The translations under genes were made by a program, and so were the position numbers. The notes under the pieces are model-generated. The model searched no databases and was not told the DNA's origin. It saw only the letters and a program-made list of their open reading frames with translations. Positions 9,295-18,900 of a DNA stretch of 64,000 nt are shown one piece after another. Source of the DNA: Gemmatimonadaceae bacterium (GTDB lineage: Bacteria > Gemmatimonadota > Gemmatimonadetes > Gemmatimonadales > Gemmatimonadaceae); NCBI GenBank assembly GCA_044224875.1, contig JBGAJQ010000013.1, positions 1 to 64,000 on the forward strand, written 5' to 3'. Position 1 is the stretch's first letter; every line of letters begins with the position of its first letter.

Positions 9295-11403
9295 TCAGTA
9301 CTTCAAGATGTCCGTGACGGCTTCGCGGAAGTCGTCGACCTGCGGCAGTATGGCATCCTCCAGCCGTGGTGCGTACCCGACAAACGTGTCCGTTGAAGCG
9401 ACGCGCCTAACGGGCGCATCGAGCCAGGCGAAGCAGTCGTCGGCAATGCGCGCGGCGATTTCCGCGCCGTAGCCCCATGACAGGGAGTCCTCGTACCCGA
9501 CGATGACCCGGCTTGTCTTCTTCACGCTGGCATACACGGTTTGCTGATCCCACGGGGACAAGGTGCGGAGGTCGATGACCTCCACCGAGATGCCCTGCTC
9601 CCCTAGCTGGTTAGCGGCGGCAAAAGCACGCTGGACCGTGGCGCCGTATGTCACGATGGTGGCGTCGGTGCCTTCGCGTACAACCTTCGCCTTTCCGAAC
9701 GGGATCATGAAGTTCGGACCGGGATAAGCGGCCTTGTTGTATGTCTGCCGATACAGGTGCTTGTGCTCGAGGAAGAGCACGGGATCGTCACAACGAATCG
9801 CGGTTCGGAGGAGTCCGTTGGCGTCCAGAGCTGTCGCCGGACACACCACTCGAAGCCCGGGGTTGTGGGTGAACAAGGATGCGCCGGTCTGCGAGTGGTA
9901 CAAGGCGCCTCGGATGTATCCACCGTAGGTCGTGCGCACGACGACCGGCGACGTGAACGCGTTATTGGAACGCCAGCGCATCGTCGCCAGCTCGTCGCGG
10001 ATCTGCATGAAGGCTGGCCAGATGTAGTCGAAGAACTGGATCTCGACGACTGGCTTGAAGCCGCGGTGTGCCATCCCGATCGCGCGACCGACGATGTTCG
10101 CTTCGGCTAACGGTGAGTTGTACACTCGGGCGCCGCCGAACTCCTTCTGCAGTCCGTGCGTCACCTTGAAGACGCCGCCCTTTCCCTTGACCTTGCCCAG
10201 ATATTGTTCGCGCGATACGTCGGCGACGTCCTCTCCAAAGACGACGATGCGTGAGTCACGCCGCATCTCATCGCGCATGCACGCGTTGAGCAAGTCAACC
10301 ATCGTTGTTTCGTTGCCGGAGAACTGCGGATCGTCCTCCGTGTCGAACTGTTCGCTCGTGGGATCGATGTCTGGCGAGTAGACGGCAAAGTGAACCGTAT
10401 CCGCGCTCGGCTGCTCCTTGGCGAGCGCGTCGTCGACGGCGGCATTGGCTGCAGCATCGACCTCGGCGACGATGGCGTCGATCTCCCGTTGCGTGGCGTG
10501 CCCTTCGGCTACTAGCCACTTCGGGAAGATGGTGATGGGATCGCGCGCGGCCTCGGCGGCTCGTTCCTCCGTCGGCTTGTAGAGGATTTCATCGTCGGAC
10601 AGGGAGTGCGAGTACGGCCGAATGACGTGCGCGTGGACGAGCGCCGGACCCTTTCGTGCGCGGGCGTAGTCAACCGCCTTCTTCATAACGTCGTAGGACG
10701 CGATGAAGTCGCAGCCATCCACCTCCTGAATGAAGAGGTCCGGGAAACCCGTCAGCAGCTTGGAAATCGAACCACCCGCTGTGTTGACTTCGACCGGAAC
10801 GGATATGGCGTAGCCGTTGTCCTCGACCAGGTAGACGACAGGGAGTTTGAGGTTGCAGGCGGTGTTGAGCGATTCCCAGAACTCGCCTTCGCTGGTCGTG
10901 CCGTCGCCGGTGGACACATAGACCACTTCGTCGCCCTTGTTGGCGTCGGGGAGCCCCAGTGTGGCGGCCTTGGCTATGCCTTCAGCGCAGCCGGCGGCTT
11001 GGAGGAATTGGGTGCCGGTGGGGGACGACTTGGAGACGATGTTGAGGGCTTTGTGGCCCCAGTGCGAGGGCATCTGCCGACCGCCGGAATTCGGGTCGTC
11101 GGCAGCGCCGACCGCGCTGTAGAGCATCTCCTCGGCCGTCATACCTAACGACAGGCAGAGGGCTCGGTCCCGGTAGTAGGCATAGAACCAGTCGTAGGCC
11201 GGCTTGAGGAGGAAGCCGGCGGCCGTGAGGACGGCTTCGTGACCGGCGCCGGAGATCTGGAAGAAGATCTTGTTTTGTCGTTTGAGCTGTATCTCCTTGT
11301 CGTCGAGCCGGCGCGACAGGAGCATGGTACGAAAAGCACGATGGAGCTGGTCACGAGACAGCCCGCGAGTGGCCGCGCGCTCGGTTCGGGATTGAGTAGC
11401 CAT
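9295..11403 (-). CDS. 2-oxoacid (probably branched-chain) dehydrogenase E1, fused alpha+beta subunits
   Basis: TPP motif GDGTTSEG...EDN, HSLSDD loop, beta-domain [14 protein letters not shown] and VIDLRT motifs. Confidence 0.92.
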   Translation of the reverse strand: MATQSRTERAATRGLSRDQLHRAFRTMLLSRRLDDKEIQLKRQNKIFFQISGAGHEAVLTAAGFLLKPAYDWFYAYYRDRALCLSLGMTAEEMLYSAVGAADDPNSGGRQMPSHWGHKALNIVSKSSPTGTQFLQAAGCAEGIAKAATLGLPDANKGDEVVYVSTGDGTTSEGEFWESLNTACNLKLPVVYLVEDNGYAISVPVEVNTAGGSISKLLTGFPDLFIQEVDGCDFIASYDVMKKAVDYARARKGPALVHAHVIRPYSHSLSDDEILYKPTEERAAEAARDPITIFPKWLVAEGHATQREIDAIVAEVDAAANAAVDDALAKEQPSADTVHFAVYSPDIDPTSEQFDTEDDPQFSGNETTMVDLLNACMRDEMRRDSRIVVFGEDVADVSREQYLGKVKGKGGVFKVTHGLQKEFGGARVYNSPLAEANIVGRAIGMAHRGFKPVVEIQFFDYIWPAFMQIRDELATMRWRSNNAFTSPVVVRTTYGGYIRGALYHSQTGASLFTHNPGLRVVCPATALDANGLLRTAIRCDDPVLFLEHKHLYRQTYNKAAYPGPNFMIPFGKAKVVREGTDATIVTYGATVQRAFAAANQLGEQGISVEVIDLRTLSPWDQQTVYASVKKTSRVIVGYEDSLSWGYGAEIAARIADDCFAWLDAPVRRVASTDTFVGYAPRLEDAILPQVDDFREAVTDILKY

Positions 11404-11534
11404 GGCGGGAAAATAGGGGAACGAACGGGCGCCGGGGCCCTGGCGAAAGATAGCGAGCCCGGCACGGGCCGCACCCCTCCGGGACGGTGGCACTGGGCGT
11501 GCAGAAGGGACGTAGGACCCCTAGGAGGTGTCGG

Positions 11535-12011
11535 ATGATGACATCAGTGTCCCACTGCATTTTCTGCGAAATTGTTCACGGGGCAGGCGAAGCCTCCATC
11601 TGCTACGAGGACGGGGACGCGATCGCCTTCCTCGACATCCAGCCGGTGAACGCGGGGCATGTCCTGGTGGTGCCCAAGCAACACTTCGAGTCGTTGAACG
11701 ACGTGCCGCCCGAACTGGCCATGCACCTATTTAGCGTGGCCCTGCGACTTGGCCCGATCGTCCGCAAGGTGAGTGGGAGCGACGACCTGAACATCGTCGT
11801 GAACAGCGGCGAGGCGGCTGGTCAGAATGTCTTCCACTACCATGTGCACCTGATTCCGCGCCGGGTGGGGGACGGGTTCGACGTGCCCTTGCCGTTCGGG
11901 GCCTCCGCCATGCCGGACCGGACGTTGCTGGAGGCGATTGCGGCGCGGATCATCGCCGGACTGCGCGATCCAGCGCGGCGTACGTCCGCCCGGGTGGCGG
12001 TGGCTAGTTAG
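11535..12011 (+). CDS. HIT family hydrolase
   Basis: CIFC, GHVLVVPK and HYHVH histidine triad; GGAGG RBS. Confidence 0.93.
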   Translation: MMTSVSHCIFCEIVHGAGEASICYEDGDAIAFLDIQPVNAGHVLVVPKQHFESLNDVPPELAMHLFSVALRLGPIVRKVSGSDDLNIVVNSGEAAGQNVFHYHVHLIPRRVGDGFDVPLPFGASAMPDRTLLEAIAARIIAGLRDPARRTSARVAVAS

Positions 12012-12082
12012 GCACCTTACGTAACGAAGTGCACTGTTAGGCGCTTCGATTCGATCATGGTTAGGCTTCAAGCCCGTTAGGG
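12007..12082 (+). repeat. Four direct copies of GTTAGG(C/G)
   Basis: Copies start at 12007, 12036, 12060 and 12076. Confidence 0.85.
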
Positions 12083-12238
12083 TCTTGCGAAAAGCGGTGT
12101 TGCGGTGAATTGATAGGACGGGGCGCGTCAGGCGCCCCGTCGCACACCGGAGGCCGATGACCGCACGTCGCACATTCGACGCGGAACGGCAGGCGCCGCA
12201 GCCACGCTGGCGGCGCCATCCCCGAGTCTCCCTAACGA

Positions 12239-12286
12239 CAGACACCCCGCCCCGGGTCAGGCTCCCGAGGCGGGGTGTCTGCTTTT
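12239..12286 (+). terminator. Terminator/attenuator-like hairpin just upstream of the HNH gene
   Basis: 13-bp perfect stem CAGACACCCCGCC (12239-12251) with GGCGGGGTGTCTG (12269-12281), inner CGGG/CCCG, followed by CTTTT. Confidence 0.7.
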
Positions 12287-12299
12287 CCGGCGAGGTGCA

Positions 12300-12704
12300 A
12301 TGCCACGACGTGGTTTCGCCCGTGACTCGCTCGATCGACGTCCGCGCTCGCTCCGACCCCTACGCGCGGCTCAACGACTGGCCTTCCGACAAGGGAAGCG
12401 AGCGCTGCGCTCGGCGGCGCTCCGCGACTGTGGGCGGCGCTGCGTCTATTGCGCCACGTCCCTCGCCCCGGAAACGGCGACGCTCGACCACGTCCATCCG
12501 CTGGCGCGGGGTGGTTCACACGTGCCTGGGAACCTGGTAAGCGCGTGTGCGCGCTGCAACCGGTTGAAAGGTGACTTGCTCCCGTTTGAGTTCTTCGCCC
12601 GGCATCCGTGGGCAGGCGCGAACTTCATGCGTTATGCGCGCGCCGTGCATAGGGGCCTGAAACGAGGGGCGCGTCGCGCCGTCAGTCTGGCGCTCGCCGC
12701 CTGA
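12300..12704 (+). CDS. Stand-alone HNH endonuclease (McrA/HNH_5-like)
   Basis: CVYC...TLDHVHPLARGG...NLVSACARCNRLK; GAGGT RBS. Confidence 0.9.
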   Translation: MPRRGFARDSLDRRPRSLRPLRAAQRLAFRQGKRALRSAALRDCGRRCVYCATSLAPETATLDHVHPLARGGSHVPGNLVSACARCNRLKGDLLPFEFFARHPWAGANFMRYARAVHRGLKRGARRAVSLALAA

Positions 12705-12971
12705 CGACGAGCGGTCATGTGTGGGGGTGGCGGCGAATAAATGCTGCGCACCCCATGCAGCGTTTCTCCCGATCGGCTCGCACGACTCAAGTCAATGCGC
12801 CGCGATGAGTTCGCCAAGCGCCGTCAGGTAATACCCTGACAGCGGTTCGTTCGTCTTTTCGGTACGCATTTGCTGGCAAATCACTGCCTCTCCAGCTGAA
12901 CTCGCGCATCCTGCGGCGAGCACGTTCACGGCTCTCCGCTGATCTGACCGATTCGAGTCACGTCCCCCCAT

Positions 12972-15900
12972 ATGTCCATGCCCTTCCGCACGCCCCTACG
13001 CCACGTTGCACTTCTCGCCGCGATGCTGGCGGCGCCTCCTGCGGCATTCGCGGGGCCCCCAGTCGGCCGAGTGACGAACCCCGACTCGACGGCCGTTGGA
13101 CGGGTGATTTTTGCGACCGGCATTCCCGGCAACGTGGTGAAGACGATCACCGACGTGAACGGGGGGCAGGTTCTACCTGGCGACGTACTGCAAGTCGATA
13201 TCACGATCCAGAACGCGGCTGGCGCGGCTGCCGCGGTGCAGTCGGTGCTCGACGACAATATCCCGTCAGGGACAACCTACGTGCCCAACACCTTGCGCAT
13301 CGTGGGTGGGTCCAACGCCGGGAACAAGACGGACGCCGCCGGTGATGACCAAGCCGAATTCTCGGTGGGGCCGAATCGGGTGCGCTTCCGTGTTGGGTTC
13401 AATGCGAACGCCACCGCTGGCGGACGCCTCAATCCGGGCGCCGGTACGCGCGTTCGCTTTTCCATCCAGGTCAGTGCGTCGGCGACCAACGGTCAGGTCA
13501 TCAGCAACCAGGGGTTCCTGACCTACCGGGACGCGAGTAACGATGCGCTGGACGTTGAGCCGAGCGGACCCGTGCAGGGGAGCCCCGGTCCGACCACCGT
13601 GGTGGTGGCGGCGCCGGACCTGACCATTTCCAAGACGCACGTCGGAAATTTCACGCGGGGCCAACCAGCCAGCTACACGCTGACCGTTTCCAATGCCGGC
13701 GGGGCGCCGTCGAGCGGCACCATCACCGTTAGCGACGTGCTCCCGGCGTCACTCAGCTACGTCAGCGCCACCGGTTCTGGCTGGAGTTGCAGTGCCGTGG
13801 GCCAAACCGTCACCTGCACCAACCCGGGGCCGGTGGCCGCGGGAGCTTCGCTTCCGGCTATCACCCTGGCGGTGGACGTTGCCAGCAACGCGCCGGCGTC
13901 CATCACCAACACGGCAACGGTCTCAGGCGGCAGCGACTCAGACGGCTCGAACAATTCCGCCTCTGACCCCACCACCATCGTCGGCGCGCCAGACCTCGCG
14001 ATCACGAAGACGCACAGTGGCAGCTTCACCGTCGGGTCCAACGGTGTGTACACGATCGGCGTGTCGAACGTGGGAACGTCGCCAACAACGGGCGCCATCA
14101 CGGTCACGGACGTCCTGCCAACCGGCCTGACGTACGTCAGCGCGACCGGCACGAATTGGACGTGCAGCGCGGTGGCGCAGAGCGTGACGTGTTCGAACCC
14201 AGGGCCGGTCGCTCCGTCGGCCAGCCTGCCAAACATCACACTGACGGTGTCCGTCGGCGCCGGCGCGGTCCCCGCCGTCACGAACACCGCCACGGTCAGC
14301 ACGGCCGGAGATAGCAACGGGGCGAACGACAGCGCCAGCGACCCGACGACCGTGCAACCGGCCCCGTCGCCTGACCTCGCGATCCAGAAGACGCACACGG
14401 GGAACTTCACCGTCGGCAGTTCGGGCGACTATACAATCACCGTGTCCAACGTCGGGACCGCGTCCACCAGCGGGCCCATCACGGTCAGTGACGTGCTCCC
14501 AACGGGACTCACCTTCTCCAGCGCTACTGGCTCTGGTTGGAGCTGTAGCGCGGTCGGGCAAGCGGTCACCTGCAGCACCCCTGGACCGCTGGCGCCGGCC
14601 AATGCCTTGCCGGCGATTACGCTGACGGTGGACGTGGGGCCCGCCGCGGCGCCGAGCGTGACGAACACGGCCACGGTGGCCACCAGCGGCGACAGCAACG
14701 CGTCCAACGACGCCAATAGCGACCCGACGACCGTGAATCCGGCGCCGACGCCGGACCTCACGATTGCCAAGACGCACACCGGCAGCTTCACCGTCGGCAC
14801 GAATGGCACGTACTCGCTATCGGTCTCGAATATTGGCGCCGGTTCCACGTCGGGGACCATCACGGTCACTGATGTGCTCCCGACCGGGTTGACGTACGTG
14901 AGTGCAACCGGCACGGGTTGGAGCTGTAGTGCCGTGGCTCAGACGGTGACGTGCACGCATCCCGGACCAGTCGCCCCCGCGGCGGCGCTTCCGGCGATCG
15001 CCCTGACCGTCGGGGTGGGCGCAGCCGCTGTGCCCACGGTAACAAATACGGCCACCGTGTCGACGCCCGGAGACGCCAACGGCGCCAACGACAGCGCGAG
15101 TGATCCAACCGCGGTGTCACCGGCGCCGGCGCCGGACCTCACCATTACCAAGACCCACGCCGGCAACTTCACGGTGGGTTCCAACGGTTCCTACCAGCTG
15201 ACGGTGTCCAACGTTGGTGCGGGTGCGACCACGGGGCCCATCACTGTATCGGATGCACTGCCGACCGGGCTGACGTACGTCAGCGCAACCGGCACGGGTT
15301 GGAGCTGTAGTGCTGTCGGTCAAGCCGTGACCTGCACGACGCCGGGACCTGTCGCGCCTGCGGCGGCCTTGCCGACCATCACCCTGACGGTGTCGGTCGG
15401 CGCGGCGGCGGTGCCCAGTGTGGTGAACACGTCGGCGGTCTCGACCGCTGGCGATGCCAATGCGTCCAACGACACCGCATCGGATCCCACGACCGTGAAC
15501 CCGGCCCCGGCCCCGGATCTGACGATCACGAAGTCTCACGGCGCACCGTTTATCGTCGGCTCGAACGGTGTCTACTCGCTCGGCGTGTCCAATGTCGGTT
15601 CGGCGGCGACCACTGGGACCGTAACCGTTACCGACCCGCTGCCGGCCGGCCTGACGTTCGTCAGCGCGACGGGGACCGGTTGGAGCTGCGGGGCCGTGGG
15701 GCAGGCGGTGACCTGCACACATCCGGGTCCCGTTGCGCCGGCGGCGTCACTGCCCGCCATTTCGCTCACCGTGTCAGTGGGCGTGGGCGCGTTGCCGTCC
15801 GTCACCAACACGGCGACCGTGGCGACTCCGGGCGATGCGAATGCCGGCAATGATACGGCCAGCGACCCGACGCCCATCGGAACGTCCGGGATCGATGTGT

Positions 15901-18900
15901 CGATCGCCAAGACGTCGTCGCCGTCCACGTTTGTCGTCGGCTCCAACGCAACCTACACGCTCACCGTGAGCAATGCCGGGACGAGCGCCACCACGGGCCC
16001 CGTCACCGTCACGGACACGCTGCCGACGGGAATCACGTTCGTGGCCGCCACCGCGCCATCGTACACCTGTACGTTCAGTGCCGGCGTCCTGACGTGCGTG
16101 CGGACCGCGTCATTGGCGGCCGGAGCCCTCGCTCCCATCACCGTTCAGGTGACTGTGGGACCGACGGCCGCGCCCTCCGTTACGAATCGCGCGCACGTTT
16201 CCACCAGCGGCGACACGAATCCGGCAAACGACGTCTCGCAGGTCACCAACCCGGTGGTTACGCCGCCGGATGTGTCGATCACCAAGTCTGCCTCACCGGC
16301 GACGTTTACCGTCGGACAGCCTGCGTCCTTCCCGCTCCTCGTCCGCAACGTGGGCGGGACCGCCGCAACCGGAATCGTGGTGACGGACATCTTGCCGTCG
16401 GGTCTGGCGTTCAGCAGTGCGAGCGGCGCGGGTTGGAGCTGCTCCGCTACCGGCAACGTCGTAACATGCGCCTTCGCGCCATCGCTCGCGCCAGGAATCA
16501 GCTCCACCGTGACCCTGAACGTCACGGTGACCGCCCCAGCCGCTCCGAGTATCACGAACACGGCCCACGTCACGGCACCTGGGGACGGCAACGCCAGCAA
16601 TGACGCGAGCAGTATCACGGTGCCCGTCGTCGTGTCGGCGTCGCCAGACCTGAATATTCAGAAGGTCGCAATCGGGAATTTCGTGGTCGGGCAACCAGCG
16701 ACCTATCAGATCACGGTGACGAACGCCGGAACGGGACCAACGACGGCGCCAATCATCGTGACGGACGTGCTCCCGTCGTCGCTGACCTTTGGGTCCGCCA
16801 CCGGGAACGGTTGGAACTGCAACGCCGTCGGCCAAACAGTCACGTGTACGTACGCGCCGGTCCTCGGCGTTGCCCAATCAACCGTCATCACCCTGGTCGT
16901 CACACCGACGGCGGCGGCGAACGCCGGTGTCTCGAACACGGCCAGCGTGGCAACGGCGGGTGATGGGAATGGCAGCAACAACTCGTCGACCGCTTCAACC
17001 CCGGTGGCGCAAGCGCTGGACTTGCGCTTGCAGAAGACCCTGACTGGTTCGCTGGTCAAGGGCGGTCAAGGGAACTACACCCTGAACGTCGGCAACGTGG
17101 GTCAGCTGCCGACCTCCGGCCCGATCACGGTAGTGGATTCGCTCCCCGCGGGCCTGGCATTCGTCAGTGGTGGCGGATCCGGGTTCACGTGCTCGGCCAG
17201 CGGTAGCGTCGTCAGCTGCACCCGTTCCACGCCTTCGCTGAACCTCAATGAACAGGCCGTGGTAACGATTGTGGTTAACGTCCTGTCGTCAGCACCCGCG
17301 GAAATCACAAACACCGCGTGCGTGGGGACGTCGGGCGACACGAACCCAGCCAACGACTGTGCGTCGGACAAGCACGCGGTGGCCAGCACGGCAGACCTCA
17401 ACATCACGAAGAGCCACGTAGGGACGGCAGCAATCGGACAGAACCTCACATTCACGCTTCGTGTGCGAAATGTCGGGACGGCATCTGCGGCCGTGCCGAT
17501 TACCGTCGAGGACCCCCTGCCGTCCGGTCTGACATTCGTCTCGGCAGCCGGCAGCGGATGGACCTGCTCTGCGGCGAATGGAACCGTGACCTGCGTCCGG
17601 AGCACCACGTTGGCCGCCGGTGACTCGAGTGACATTGCGCTGACCGTGCAAGTGCAGGCGTTGGCCGTTCCGTCGGTCACGAACTGTGCGAGGACCATCA
17701 GTGCGAACGACGCGAACGCGGCAAACAATCAAGCGTGCGACGTCGTGCCGGTTGCGGGTGACTATCGATTCGCGATAGCGAAAACGGTCTCGAAACCCGA
17801 GGCGGAGATTGGCGACCTGTTGGACTACGAGGTCATCGTATCGAATGCGGGCGCGACCGCCATTCCCGATGGGCTGGTGACCGACCACCTTCCGCTGGGC
17901 TTCGAATACCTGAAGGGGTCCGCGCGACAGAACGGCCAGGTCATCGCCGATCCGTCAGGTGCACCCGGTCCTGAGCTCAACTTCTCAATAGGCGCGTTGC
18001 CGGTTGGCGGGCGCGCGGTGCTGCGATACCGTGTGCGCGTGGGTGTCGGAGCACGGCCTGGCGCGAACGTCAATTCCGCGCAGGCCGTCAGTACGCTCAC
18101 GGGTGCCGCATCCCCAGTCGTCACGGCCACCGTCGTGATTCGCCCGGGCCTGTTCGACGAACGCGGAGCGATCGTCGGCAAGGTCTTCCAACAGTGCGAT
18201 TGCGACCACAACGGGATTCAGGATCCGGGCGAAGTTGGGATTCCGGGCGTTCGCGTGTACTTGGAGGACGGCACGTCCGCGATAACAGATGTGGAAGGGA
18301 AGTACAACTTCGCAAACGTCGCCGCGCGGCTGCACGTGGTGAAGGTCGATCGGACGACATTACCGCCTGGTTCCGTGTTGGTGCCGACGAGTACGCGCAG
18401 TGCGGGCGATGGCTACTCGCGCTTTGCAGATCTCAAGGCCGGGGAACTGTTCAAGGCGGACTTTGTGGAGGCGTCGGGCACCGCCGCGGTTGCGGCCGAT
18501 GTCTTGGCACGACGGCGTGCCGGCGAAGTCACGCATGCCGGCGACCCGATTCCAGAGGAACTGGCGATCGGTCCTCGCGCACCGGCACGAGGAACGATGT
18601 CGTCAGGACGCGCACTTGCCGCTCAGGCGTCGGGTGCGGTCTCCAGCAGTGTTGCCGAGAGCGCACAGGGTGGCTCGGCAGTTCAAACAACTGCGCAGGG
18701 CCTGACGTCCGGTGGCTACCGGCCGCTCTTCGCAGGCGCACGCCTGAACGATGCGATGTCGCAGCTGCCGGTTACCCCACTGCGCGCGATGGCGGCACTC
18801 GCCGGGAGGAACCCAGCCGCGACCGGGTCAATCACCCTCGATGTGATGACGACAGGAATTCCTGCCGATGGCCGGTCGTCGCTCGCCGTCACCATTCGAC

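Noticed and set aside
12007..12082. Mini CRISPR- or TIGR-like array next to an HNH gene
   Set aside because: Repeats are only 6-7 bp with irregular spacing (29, 24, 16 bp), and there is no cas or Nop-domain gene. Kept only as a motif cluster.
12300..12704. IscB/HEARO-type RNA-guided nuclease or mobile element
   Set aside because: Only 134 aa, with no PLMP or RuvC motifs, no transposase and no element ends.
12860..12875. Sigma54-like site upstream of the giant adhesin
   Set aside because: GG-to-GC spacing is 9 rather than the required 10.
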